Below are positions 9,066 through 18,483 of a stretch of DNA of 64,000 nucleotides, piece by piece. How positions within the stretch are numbered: position 1 is the stretch's first letter; each line of letters opens with the position of its first letter. The position numbers and the translations under genes are program-made. The DNA comes from an uncultured Gammaproteobacteria bacterium (lineage in GTDB: Bacteria > Pseudomonadota > Gammaproteobacteria > Pseudomonadales > Azotimanducaceae). The notes under the pieces are model-generated. The model searched no databases. It worked only from the letters and a program-made list of their open reading frames with translations, and was not told where the DNA came from. The stretch is taken from positions 7,194-71,193 of the forward strand of contig CAJWNY010000003.1 of the NCBI GenBank assembly GCA_913043815.1. The letters are read 5' to 3'.

Positions 9066-10145
9066 TTAGTCTTCGATAACGTCGATCAAGCCCCATCTTA
9101 GGGCTTGGTTAGCGTCAATTGATGAGCTGCTTAATCCAAGCTTTGCGGTGTTTTGTCTGCCAATACGTTTGGGAATACTGACTGTTCCTCCCGCTCCAGG
9201 AATTAACCCAAATCCCACTTCGGGTAATGCAAAAATACTGTTTGATTGAGCTCTTATAGTGTTCGCAAATGCCGGTAGTTCGATACCTGCACCAATGCAT
9301 GCGCCGTGTACCCGTACGAGTATTTTGTCGTTCAGTTGGGATATGAGGTTGGCTGGGTTGCGGGTGAGACGGGTCAGGTGCCCGAGCGCTGCATCTTGAG
9401 ACTGTCCAAACTCGGTTAGGTCGCCGCCTGCGCAAAAGGCTGAGCCTCGACCGCTTATAACAATGTGCGCTAAAGATTTTTCTGCTAATGCGAGGTTTAA
9501 AGCCGAGGCTAGTTCATCGCGCATTGCAGCAGAAAATGCATTTCGTTTAGTCGGTCTGTTCAGTATTAAAGATAAGGTATCGCCGTGACTATTTTGAACA
9601 CCTAAATGTGCTCCGGAATTTCGCTCGACCAACACAGTAGGTCCTTGGTCTGCTACCCCAGCCTGAGCCGCTGGCGCTTTAGTCGCAGTAAGAGATCTGT
9701 TGGTTAGCCAGGTTCTAAACCCGTGACTATTCTGCAGCGTGCTGTAGGCGAGTGACTCTACCATTAAGCCTTGACTGATAGACAAGTGTTCCGATTCTCG
9801 CAGCACTCCCGTAAAGGTGGAAGCTGCTAATGGCTGATTAGTTATCGTCGCCACTATTTGCTCTAGCAACGGTTGCTCGTCGGGCAAATGGATAACTAGA
9901 TCTACCCATGCGCTAATCTCAGAGTCTTTATTTGAGGTTGGTCGCTGGCTTATGCCGATCATTGTGCAATTAGGTTTAGATTTAGGTATAACGCTAGGTG
10001 TCGGCTGGTCTAAATCTACCAATAGATAACTCCGACCACTGACAACGCTTTGATCTTCAGCCACCATAGGTGGTGTGATCAGAACAAACAGTTCAGCGGG
10101 CGACAAAATTTTGAGCGAAGCCGATTGGAAAAATGTATTAGACAT
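9066..10145 (-). CDS. Enoyl-CoA hydratase/isomerase family protein with permuted architecture
   Basis: LNRPTKRNAF, AFCAGGDL, GAGIEL, LPEVGFGLIPGAGG; start uncertain (ATG10145 preferred over 10325 or 10067). Confidence 0.8.
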   Translation of the reverse strand: MSNTFFQSASLKILSPAELFVLITPPMVAEDQSVVSGRSYLLVDLDQPTPSVIPKSKPNCTMIGISQRPTSNKDSEISAWVDLVIHLPDEQPLLEQIVATITNQPLAASTFTGVLRESEHLSISQGLMVESLAYSTLQNSHGFRTWLTNRSLTATKAPAAQAGVADQGPTVLVERNSGAHLGVQNSHGDTLSLILNRPTKRNAFSAAMRDELASALNLALAEKSLAHIVISGRGSAFCAGGDLTEFGQSQDAALGHLTRLTRNPANLISQLNDKILVRVHGACIGAGIELPAFANTIRAQSNSIFALPEVGFGLIPGAGGTVSIPKRIGRQNTAKLGLSSSSIDANQALRWGLIDVIED

Positions 10146-11268
10146 GGACAGTACTATACCTGTCTGTGGGGTAAACACCTGCGCTGACCAGGCGCTAGAT
10201 GCACTGCGGGTCTGGCACTGCGATTTGCTGCCTGGGGTAATGGGTAGAGATTTACTTTGGGAGCGGTCTGCAGAGCTAGGTTTGCGTGCCAATGGCCAAA
10301 TTTCAGCTAATTGTAGTTGCCGCATAATGACAGCCGATAATGGCTGGCTCGGGTTGAATCTTGCTCGGGAAGAAGATTGGGGTTTGCTGAATCCTTGGCT
10401 TCAGCAAGACGGGGACTTATCTGAGTGGGGGCATGTTGAGGACGCCTTACTTGGGCGAGATGCCAAAGCCCTGGTTGCCCGAGGCAGACTGATGGGGCTG
10501 CCTGTTTCCTTTTTACCGCGAAAAGTCATAGCTGAAAGTACAGGCGTTAGCGAAATTTTGGGCGGCGCGCCCGTATTTGAATTTACGTCTGATGCTCAAG
10601 CTACGTTGCGGCACTTCAACACTGCTCAGTCCATGTCAGATTTAAAGGTAGTAGACCTTTCAGCTTTATGGGCGGGTCCGCTTTGTGCCCACTTATTGCA
10701 CCAGTGCGGTATGCAGGTAACAACCGTGACTAGCTCCCATAGGCCGGATGGCGCGGCGCAAGGCAGCCCTACGTTATATAAAGTATTACATCGTGGGCAT
10801 AATCACCTTGAATTAGATTTCTCCTCCCAAGAAGATCTGCGAAGGTTAGCTGATCTGCTACATAATGCTGACGTGGTTATAGAAGGTTCAAGGCCACGTG
10901 CATTAAGAGCCTTAGATTTAGATAGAGACTCACTTTTGCCCGGCGGAAAACAGCTTTGGCTGTCTTTAACTGCTTACGGACGGCGCGCACCCTTTGGTGA
11001 CTGGGTCGGTTTTGGCGATGATGTAGCGTTGGCTGGTGGATTATTTTGTCAGAACAAAGAAGGTACCCCCGAATTTATAGGCGATGCTGTGGCTGACCCG
11101 CTTTCGGGTATTTTCGCAGCATTGGCGATAGTTAAATTAGTGCAACGCGATGCAAGTGGCTTGCTCGATTTATCTCTTTTTGCCGTGGCGTCTCATTGCC
11201 GGAAAAAAATCCATAGCAGTGGGGGGACGATGAGCGACGAATATCATAGGCCTAATCTGCGATGCTGA
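10144..11268 (+). CDS. Class III CoA-transferase (CaiB/BaiF family), atypical domain order
   Basis: KVVDLSALWAGPLCA, ADVVIEGSRPRAL, SLTAYG, catalytic Asp in AVADPLSG; start uncertain (ATG10144). Confidence 0.8.
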   Translation: MDSTIPVCGVNTCADQALDALRVWHCDLLPGVMGRDLLWERSAELGLRANGQISANCSCRIMTADNGWLGLNLAREEDWGLLNPWLQQDGDLSEWGHVEDALLGRDAKALVARGRLMGLPVSFLPRKVIAESTGVSEILGGAPVFEFTSDAQATLRHFNTAQSMSDLKVVDLSALWAGPLCAHLLHQCGMQVTTVTSSHRPDGAAQGSPTLYKVLHRGHNHLELDFSSQEDLRRLADLLHNADVVIEGSRPRALRALDLDRDSLLPGGKQLWLSLTAYGRRAPFGDWVGFGDDVALAGGLFCQNKEGTPEFIGDAVADPLSGIFAALAIVKLVQRDASGLLDLSLFAVASHCRKKIHSSGGTMSDEYHRPNLRC

Positions 11269-12701
11269 TTAAAAATGCGGTCATCGAGGGCTCTCAGAAA
11301 GACATTCGCTGTGGCGGAGGGTTTATAAGTGAAATTGCCGATTTGCTTGAAGTTAGGTCGGGTGAGTGCGTGATTGAGGCGAGCGGTGGCGAATTATTGC
11401 CTGGTTTGCACGACCACCATATGCACTTTTTTGCGACAGCCGCACTGCAGCGATCTGTCGATTGTGGAAGGAGCAACGCTCCTAGCGAGACTGGCGAACA
11501 AACAGCTTTTGTCCATGACGCCGAGTCGTTGGGTCAGACGCTCGCAAACTATTCGGGCGAAGGCTGGCTACGTGGGGTGAATTATCATGAGAGTATTGCT
11601 GGAGACCTGGACCGCTTGCAATTAGATGTTTTTGTTAGCGATAGGCCGGCAAGAGTCCAACATCGCAGCGGCAAATTATGGATACTCAACAGTCTGGCTG
11701 TGGAGAAACTAGACTTGGCAGCCCATAAAAATTTGCCCGGTGTTGAGGTAGACAAAAACGGCATGCCAACGGGGAGATTGTTTCGCTTAGACGCTTGGTT
11801 AGGGCAGCAATTGGGGAGGCAAGATCCTATAGATGTATCAGTGTTATCACATCAGCTGGCAAGCTTTGGTGTCACCGGCTTTACTGACACCTCCGCAACA
11901 AATGAAGCGACTACTGTTAAGCAGTTTCAGGAGATGCATGAGCGAGGTGGAATTCTGCAAAAGGCCTATTTAATGGGTGACGACAGTCTGGACTCAGGTC
12001 ATCTGAAAATTCTCTTGGATGAAGATAATCTGCCGCACTTAAATGAATTGGAAGCTCGTATCCTCTGTGCGCGGGAAAAAAAACGCGGCGTTGCCTTTCA
12101 TTGTGTGAGCCATATAGAGCTATTGTTTGCAATTGCCGCCCTAAACAGCTGCGCAAACCTCGATCCGCATGCCCAATTTGCCGACCGTATTGAACATGGG
12201 GCCATGATTTTTGACGATGTGCTGCCGATGCTCCAAGCGCTGAATCTCAGCGTGATCACCCAACCAGGATTTCTGTATGAGCGCGGTCCTCAGTACCAGA
12301 AAAATTTAACCGAATATGAGCTTGCTCATTTATACCGTTATCAAAGATTGTTGGATGCCGGAATAATGGTTGGGCTGAGTAGTGATGCACCATACGGGCC
12401 GCTTAATCCTTGGCAGGTTATGAAGGGTGCTGTTGAGCGTAAGACTAGCGCTGGGGATGTGATCGGGCCGCAAGAACGTGTAACGCCTGAGCAGGCGTTA
12501 ATCGGGTATTTGTCTGATGCGAAAGCGCCCGGTGGGGCTGTAAGAAGGATAGCCGTTGGTGAGCAAGCGGATATGTGTTTGTTAACGCGCGCTTGGTCGG
12601 GTGTCAAAGCCGACTTGTCTCAAGTGTTAGTGGCTCATACTGTGGTTTCTGGCGAGCTGATTTATTCTCGGACTGAGGGGGTAGATGGCCAACGGGACTA
12701 G
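11262..12701 (+). CDS. Amidohydrolase family protein (Amidohydro_3 / YtcJ-like)
   Basis: LLPGLHDHHMH, HRSGK, VAFHC, RIEHG, SSDAP; overlaps the upstream stop by 7 nt. Confidence 0.88.
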   Translation: MLIKNAVIEGSQKDIRCGGGFISEIADLLEVRSGECVIEASGGELLPGLHDHHMHFFATAALQRSVDCGRSNAPSETGEQTAFVHDAESLGQTLANYSGEGWLRGVNYHESIAGDLDRLQLDVFVSDRPARVQHRSGKLWILNSLAVEKLDLAAHKNLPGVEVDKNGMPTGRLFRLDAWLGQQLGRQDPIDVSVLSHQLASFGVTGFTDTSATNEATTVKQFQEMHERGGILQKAYLMGDDSLDSGHLKILLDEDNLPHLNELEARILCAREKKRGVAFHCVSHIELLFAIAALNSCANLDPHAQFADRIEHGAMIFDDVLPMLQALNLSVITQPGFLYERGPQYQKNLTEYELAHLYRYQRLLDAGIMVGLSSDAPYGPLNPWQVMKGAVERKTSAGDVIGPQERVTPEQALIGYLSDAKAPGGAVRRIAVGEQADMCLLTRAWSGVKADLSQVLVAHTVVSGELIYSRTEGVDGQRD

Positions 12702-12896
12702 CTCCGCTAAAAAAGCGTGGGTTGATGTCAGCATGCTGTGGATAGAGGATTATTAAAGAGGCCGCGCATCACATACCTACAGCGTAATTTCTTCTTCGAG
12801 AACCAGCAGGAGCGCAGGATATCTTAGTTGGCGACGTTTGGGTGGTAGGGAGCAGCTCAAAAGCTAGGCTGTTTGGGGCGCCCACTGCAGGAATAG

Positions 12897-12943
12897 CTCA
12901 TCGCGTCTGCGTACCTTGATGATGAGTAATTATACGCGATGAG
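12897..12943. terminator. Hairpin between convergent genes
   Basis: Perfect 10-bp inverted repeat CTCATCGCGT/ACGCGATGAG just past the ACAD stop; no U-tract. Confidence 0.35.
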
Positions 12944-12960
12944 ACAATTTTGTTGCTTTA

Positions 12961-14142
12961 TTAATCCGGAAGTCCCAGAACTCTTTTCGCAATAATATTT
13001 TGCTGCACTTCGTTAGTACCCCCGTAAATGGTTACGGCTCGGTCGCGCAACCAACTGCGAGTGGACTCAAGTTCATCGGCAGAAAAGTCGGTACTATCCC
13101 AAACCAAACCAGAAGTGCCCCGAAGTCTTGATTTGAGTTCTGATCCTGACTTGCTCAGCGACGAGCCTACCAATTTAAATATAGAAGTAGCAGCCCCAGG
13201 AGCGCCTAAGGATTTGCTCTCCTCAACTACTCTTTGAGTAGTTAGCGAGAGCGCTTTTTCTTGCATCACCTGACAGAGAACGTCGGCTCTTGCGGCTTCA
13301 TCAGCAATACGCCCTTGGTTGTCTTCACCAGCGTATTTTTTAGCTACCAGTGCATATGGATTCAGCTTTGGCTTACCTGCTGATTTCGGTTTGGTACGTG
13401 TTGTCGCATTGCGTTCGTATTGAAGCAGGCGTTTACCCACACTCCAGCCCTTATTCATTTCGCCAATAAGGTCTTCACGCTTGGCGATAGCGTTATCAAA
13501 AAATGTTTCGCAAAACGGCGAGGATCCAGAGATAAGTTTGATGGGTTTGACAGTAACGCCTGGCTGATCCATTGAGAGTACGACGAAGCTAATTCCTTCG
13601 TGCTTGGGTGCACTGGGGTCAGTACGTACCAATGCGAACATCCAATTAGCGTACTGAGCGCCACTGGTCCAAATTTTTTGACCGTTGATGATGAACTGAT
13701 CACCATCAACTACAGCTTTAGTTTGCAGACTTGCAAGGTCGGAACCGGCGCCTGGTTCGGAGTAACCTTGGCACCACTGAGCCTCTCCAGTGATGATTTT
13801 AGGGATATGCCTTTGTCTTTGTTCTTCGGTACCCATTTCCAGAATGGTTGGCCCAATCATGGCCAAACCCATACCAGTGGCTGGAGGTAGCGCTTTGATA
13901 CGGGCCATTTCTTGAGCCAATACCTGATGTTGCTCTTTAGCTAAGCCGCCGCCGCCGTATTGTGTCGGCCACGCTGGGGCTGTCCATCCCCTAGCAGCCG
14001 CGCGATCTCTCCATTCAATAGCAGCGTTGGTTTGGTAAACTTCATACGCGTCTTCGAAGTGTACTGCGCCCAGGCGCATGTCCTGTGGACAGTTGTCCTC
14101 AAGCCAGTCGCGAGCTTCTTCGCGAAATGTAGATAGGTCCAT
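12961..14142 (-). CDS. Acyl-CoA dehydrogenase (FadE-like)
   Basis: WCQGYSEPGAGSDLASL, NGQKIWTS, TIYGGTNEVQ..IIAKRVLGLP. Confidence 0.93.
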   Translation of the reverse strand: MDLSTFREEARDWLEDNCPQDMRLGAVHFEDAYEVYQTNAAIEWRDRAAARGWTAPAWPTQYGGGGLAKEQHQVLAQEMARIKALPPATGMGLAMIGPTILEMGTEEQRQRHIPKIITGEAQWCQGYSEPGAGSDLASLQTKAVVDGDQFIINGQKIWTSGAQYANWMFALVRTDPSAPKHEGISFVVLSMDQPGVTVKPIKLISGSSPFCETFFDNAIAKREDLIGEMNKGWSVGKRLLQYERNATTRTKPKSAGKPKLNPYALVAKKYAGEDNQGRIADEAARADVLCQVMQEKALSLTTQRVVEESKSLGAPGAATSIFKLVGSSLSKSGSELKSRLRGTSGLVWDSTDFSADELESTRSWLRDRAVTIYGGTNEVQQNIIAKRVLGLPD

Positions 14143-14254
14143 GTCGATCGCCTTATCTTTTTGCACCAAAAAAATGATTATGCTGGGAAGTAAGCGCGTT
14201 GCCAATCCTTTGGGCCTAAATCTCATTATTCTTGGCTGCAGCAAGGTGGAATGT

Positions 14255-14749
14255 CTATGTTTTGTCGACTAATTGCCCCGCTACGTTGGCTCTGTGCATA
14301 AAAGCCAGGACCGAGGTCTCTAGTCGCTGAATTTTTTTTCTTATATCTAATGTTTCCGGTAAATAGGTGGGAGGGTCAGACGGTAGGTTTCTAATTCGTA
14401 GGCTGCAATCTAGGTTGCAGCAAATGTGATTGCCAATGAAGCGGCGATCATCGGACCCCGCAACAGTAGTGCTGAAGAGGGCGGTTCCTCTGCTGCGATA
14501 TACGTGGTTGCACCAAGAGCACATCCGGGTTCTTGGTTTAGCGTTGTGGTTAAAGCTGCGGCGCAGACTCATTGAAAAGAGCATGCCACTTGCCGGTATG
14601 ACCACAAAACCCTTGTGCCCTGATGGATGCATCCATCCAAAATAGTCTAGCACGCCCCAGTCCACAGGCTGTAAATCAGGCATGCCTAATTCGGAACTCA
14701 GTAGACCTGGGAAAAGTTTTCTAATTTCGCTTCGCTTCAAGGTATCCAT
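14255..14749 (-). CDS. FBP domain protein (FusB-type treble-clef zinc finger)
   Basis: W..LDYFGW.HP, MCSWC, GTALFS, GNHICCNLDCS, ETL...KI.RL...V..F. Confidence 0.8.
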   Translation of the reverse strand: MDTLKRSEIRKLFPGLLSSELGMPDLQPVDWGVLDYFGWMHPSGHKGFVVIPASGMLFSMSLRRSFNHNAKPRTRMCSWCNHVYRSRGTALFSTTVAGSDDRRFIGNHICCNLDCSLRIRNLPSDPPTYLPETLDIRKKIQRLETSVLAFMHRANVAGQLVDKT

Positions 14750-15198
14750 TTTACACCCAACCAAATTTTGTCATAGATTTGAATTTTGTCGTTTAAGAAA
14801 TTTTAATTAGCGACGGTGCTAACAAAAGAGGACACTCAATTATTCGAAATCTTAACGCGGAGAGTCTAATACTGTTCTTGGAAAAACTTAAGCGAATCGG
14901 CTTTTAAACGATTGATTTTGGCAGCCGATACAGTCTGCAAACCACAAGTAGCTTTTGTGTTGCGCGTTAATCCAATAATGTAGTTCTAACTCGGTACCGT
15001 GCTCTTATTTAACTTTTCCAAATTGCGTTTTATTTCTAGTTAGCCGATTCGCAGTCACAACCTTTAGACCCCTTAGGTTGTCAGCGGACCCGGGCTATCG
15101 CGCCATGGCGCGCCTCAAGATTTTGACCTGTGCCCTCAACTCTCGCCGCAAGGTTTACTGTAGGTTATAGTCGTGCTTCATAATATTAGGAGGCATTA

Positions 15199-16335
15199 AT
15201 GAGCATTTTACCTGAGACCGGTTTACAACTTTTATCCTGCGTTACTTCCACGGGTACTTTAGAGCTTTCACTGGCTGACTGCCCTGTAGTGGCACCAAAA
15301 GACAGCCAAGTGGTTGTTCAAGTTCAAGCGTCACCCATAAATCCGTCAGATCTTGGTTTGTTGTTGGGCTTGGCTGATATTTCTACCGCTAGATCCGTTG
15401 CCGATGGATCCCACCCTAGAGTGGAAGCCGATGTACCGGCTGCTATTTTACCGCACTTGAGTGCTCGTTTTGATGAGGCTATGCCTGTGGGAAATGAAGG
15501 GTCAGGTATTGTTGTCGCCGCCGGCGCTAGCCCAGAGGCACAAGCGCTTTTAGGTAAGACAGTTGGCGTGCTGGGTGGGGCAATGTATTCGCAATACAGG
15601 ACTTTGCATGTAAGCCAATGTTTGGCCATGCATGAGGGCGTTACCGCCAAAGAAAGCGCTTCTTGTTTTGTTAATCCTTTGACGGCCTTGGGTATGGTCG
15701 AGACTATGCGCAGCGAAGGCTATAAAGCTTTGATCCACACTGCGGCTGCTTCAAACTTGGGACAGATGCTGCAAAAAATTTGTTTAGCTGATGGCGTTGA
15801 TTTGGTTAACATCGTGCGCAAGCCCGAACAAGCACAATTGCTTAGAGACCTCGGAGCGGCTTATGTCTGTGACTCTAGCTCGCCAACATTCGCTGCTGAT
15901 TTGAAAGCCGCTATTGTTGCAACGGGTGCTTATCTCGCGTTTGATGCGACTGGTGGCGGCCAACTGGCGAACCACATTTTGGCGGCGATGGAAGTTGCAG
16001 CCAATGAAACAGCAACGGAATACAGCCGTTATGGGTCAGCTCAATACAAGCAGGTTTATATTTATGGCGGTTTAGAGCGCAGCCCCACCACTCTGACCCG
16101 TAGTTACGGTATGCAGTGGGGACTAGGCGGTTGGTTGTTAACACCATTTTTGCAGAAAATTGGTCAAGAGCGAGCTGGTGAGTTGCGTCAGCGAGTGGCA
16201 GACGAAGTGCGTACTACTTTCGCCAGTAGCTATGCCGAAGAAATCTCGCTGGCCCAGGCCTTGGATCTAGAAGTATTGAAGACTTATGCATTGCAAGCGA
16301 CCGGCAAGAAATATCTGGTTAACCCTAGTCTTTAA
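15199..16335 (+). CDS. MDR-family zinc-binding dehydrogenase/NADH oxidase-like (enoyl reductase-like)
   Basis: ASPINPSDLG, GNEGSG, FVNPLTA, HTAAASNLG; AGGAGG RBS. Confidence 0.87.
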   Translation: MSILPETGLQLLSCVTSTGTLELSLADCPVVAPKDSQVVVQVQASPINPSDLGLLLGLADISTARSVADGSHPRVEADVPAAILPHLSARFDEAMPVGNEGSGIVVAAGASPEAQALLGKTVGVLGGAMYSQYRTLHVSQCLAMHEGVTAKESASCFVNPLTALGMVETMRSEGYKALIHTAAASNLGQMLQKICLADGVDLVNIVRKPEQAQLLRDLGAAYVCDSSSPTFAADLKAAIVATGAYLAFDATGGGQLANHILAAMEVAANETATEYSRYGSAQYKQVYIYGGLERSPTTLTRSYGMQWGLGGWLLTPFLQKIGQERAGELRQRVADEVRTTFASSYAEEISLAQALDLEVLKTYALQATGKKYLVNPSL

Positions 16336-16353
16336 AAAAGGCTGATTAGAATT

Positions 16354-16399
16354 AGGGCTAACCGCTTGTGGCTTTGTGCGAGTCGGTTAGTTCTTTTTT
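16354..16399 (+). terminator. Rho-independent terminator
   Basis: Stem GGGCTAACCG/CGGTTAGTTC followed by TTTTTT. Confidence 0.6.
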
Positions 16400-16450
16400 A
16401 TTGGATAAGGTGTTGCTCAGTAAAAATTAACAGTGGAATCGGGGGAGATT

Positions 16451-18355
16451 ATGTTAATAAATAGAGAGGCTCTTAACTTTGCGTTAATAGCGGTTATTAC
16501 AGTGAGCCTTACCGGCTGTGCTAAGGCCGAAGAAACTTCTAATAAAAGTGCTTCTCCTGCGCCTGCTGGAGAGTCGGTAGCTGAGCCGAGGACAGCGACG
16601 TCTAACCCCTTAAAAAATGCCTATTTTGGCGATACTCACATTCACACTGAACTCTCTTTTGATGCGTTTTTATTCGGCACGCGCCGCACTCCTAATGATG
16701 CTTATCTCTTTGCAAAGGGTGCTGGTATTGAGCACGCTAGCGGTTTTGAGATGAAAATGAAAAAGCCGTTAGATTTTTTGGCTGTTTCTGACCACGCTTT
16801 TTACCTGGGCATGATGCGCGAGATGGCCAGTCTCGATAGCACTTACTCGGGCGAAGACATGGCGGCAGCGGTTCGAGGCGCAATTACACCTGAAGGGTCT
16901 CAAGCAGGCTTTGCCGCAATTCTAGGGCATCTACGCAGCCAAACTGGCGAAACGAAAGACCCAATAAATGATTTAAGTGTTGCGCGCTCTGCTTGGCAAG
17001 AGATTATTGAAGCTGCTGAACGCCATAATGATCCGGGCAACTTCACGACGTTTATTGCTTATGAATATACAAGTTCAGGCCCTGCATTTGAGAACTTGCA
17101 CCGTAATGTAATTTTTCGCGGTAGTGATGTGCCAGAGCAACCTTACAGCCGATTTAACTCTATCAATCCAGAGGGTCTCTGGGCGTGGATGGATGAGCAG
17201 CGCGCTTTAGGCCGCGAGTCTTTGGCTATCCCTCACAACTCCAACGGTTCTAATGGTTGGATGTTTCCTGTGAATAATTGGGCCGGTGAGCCCATTGATC
17301 TAGCTTATGCACAAACCCGAATGCGCAATGAGCCCTTGGTGGAAAACACTCAGGTAAAAGGGACTTCGGATACTCACCCAATGCTTTCGCCTAATGACGA
17401 GTGGTCAGATTTTGAAATTATGCCGCTGCGTATCGCGACAAACGTGCAATCAAAACCCAACGGCAGCTATGTGCGCGAGGCATATCTGAATGGGCTTTTA
17501 ATAGAGTCAAAAATTGGTGCTAACCCCTACAAGTTTGGCGTAATCGGTGCATCTGATACTCACAATGCCGCCGGATCGTTTGAAGAAGACAATTATTGGA
17601 GCAAAACGGGGGTCTTAGATTTTGAGCCATATCGACGCGGCAGTGTGCCGACACCCACTTCCACGCCTGAAGCGCCTGAGTACCTTGACCCTGCCTCCAA
17701 ATACTGGGGTGCATCGGGCTTGGCTGGCGTTTGGGCTGAATCAAATACTCGTGACGCGATTTACGATGCGATGCGTAGAAAAGAAACTTTCTCTACCAGT
17801 GGTTCCCATATTAAATTGCGTTTCTTTGCTGGTTACGAATTTGACCAATCTTTACTTAATACCGAAGATAGCATAAAGCAGGCATATGCTAATGGCGTAC
17901 CCATGGGTTCGGATTTGGCGGCCCAGGGCGAGCGAAATCCCAGTTTTTATGTTTGGGCTTCTAGAGACCCTGATACTCAACCATTGCAGCGTTTGCAAAT
18001 AATCAAAGGTTGGGTCGAAGACGGTAAGGCCCAAGAAATGGTCGTAGACATAGCCTGCTCCGATGGTCAGACGGTAGACCCGCTAACGTTGCGTTGCGGC
18101 GATAATGGCGCTCGTGTCAATGTGGCAGATTGCACAGTTACTGCGAATAAGGGCGATAGTGAGCTTTCTGCCGTTTGGCAGGATCCGGATTACGATCCAT
18201 CCCAGAAAGCGTTTTACTACGTGCGAGTCCTGGAGAATCCAACTTGCCGCTGGTCAACATACGATGCCATTGCCGCAGGCGTTGCTCCCCGACCTGACAT
18301 GCAGTCCACTATTCAGGACAGGGCGTGGTCGTCGCCAATTTGGTTGACCCAGTAG
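16451..18355 (+). CDS. DUF3604 domain lipoprotein (PHP-like metallohydrolase)
   Basis: Lipobox LTGC, YFGDTHIHT, SDH, LHRNVIF, IPHNSNGS, YYVRVLENPTCRWS, RAWSSPIW. Confidence 0.88.
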   Translation: MLINREALNFALIAVITVSLTGCAKAEETSNKSASPAPAGESVAEPRTATSNPLKNAYFGDTHIHTELSFDAFLFGTRRTPNDAYLFAKGAGIEHASGFEMKMKKPLDFLAVSDHAFYLGMMREMASLDSTYSGEDMAAAVRGAITPEGSQAGFAAILGHLRSQTGETKDPINDLSVARSAWQEIIEAAERHNDPGNFTTFIAYEYTSSGPAFENLHRNVIFRGSDVPEQPYSRFNSINPEGLWAWMDEQRALGRESLAIPHNSNGSNGWMFPVNNWAGEPIDLAYAQTRMRNEPLVENTQVKGTSDTHPMLSPNDEWSDFEIMPLRIATNVQSKPNGSYVREAYLNGLLIESKIGANPYKFGVIGASDTHNAAGSFEEDNYWSKTGVLDFEPYRRGSVPTPTSTPEAPEYLDPASKYWGASGLAGVWAESNTRDAIYDAMRRKETFSTSGSHIKLRFFAGYEFDQSLLNTEDSIKQAYANGVPMGSDLAAQGERNPSFYVWASRDPDTQPLQRLQIIKGWVEDGKAQEMVVDIACSDGQTVDPLTLRCGDNGARVNVADCTVTANKGDSELSAVWQDPDYDPSQKAFYYVRVLENPTCRWSTYDAIAAGVAPRPDMQSTIQDRAWSSPIWLTQ

Positions 18356-18401
18356 GCCCAGTGCTGGACGAGTTAAAAACTGAAAAGTCTGTCGAAGGAA
18401 T

Positions 18402-18442
18402 AAAAAGTCTAGGTGTCTCCAGGCTTTTTTTCTTTTTTTTTT
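18402..18442. terminator. Bidirectional Rho-independent terminator
   Basis: AAAAAGTCTAGG-loop-CCAGGCTTTTTTT with a long T tract, between convergent genes. Confidence 0.6.
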
Positions 18443-18483
18443 GCTTCTTTGGGGCTTTTAGAATTCATGCCATGACAAAAGGC

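Noticed and set aside
10075-10325. 250-nt coding overlap of crotonase and CoA-transferase in the ORF track
   Set aside because: Longest-ORF artefact; the extensions beyond 10144/10145 carry no family-like sequence.
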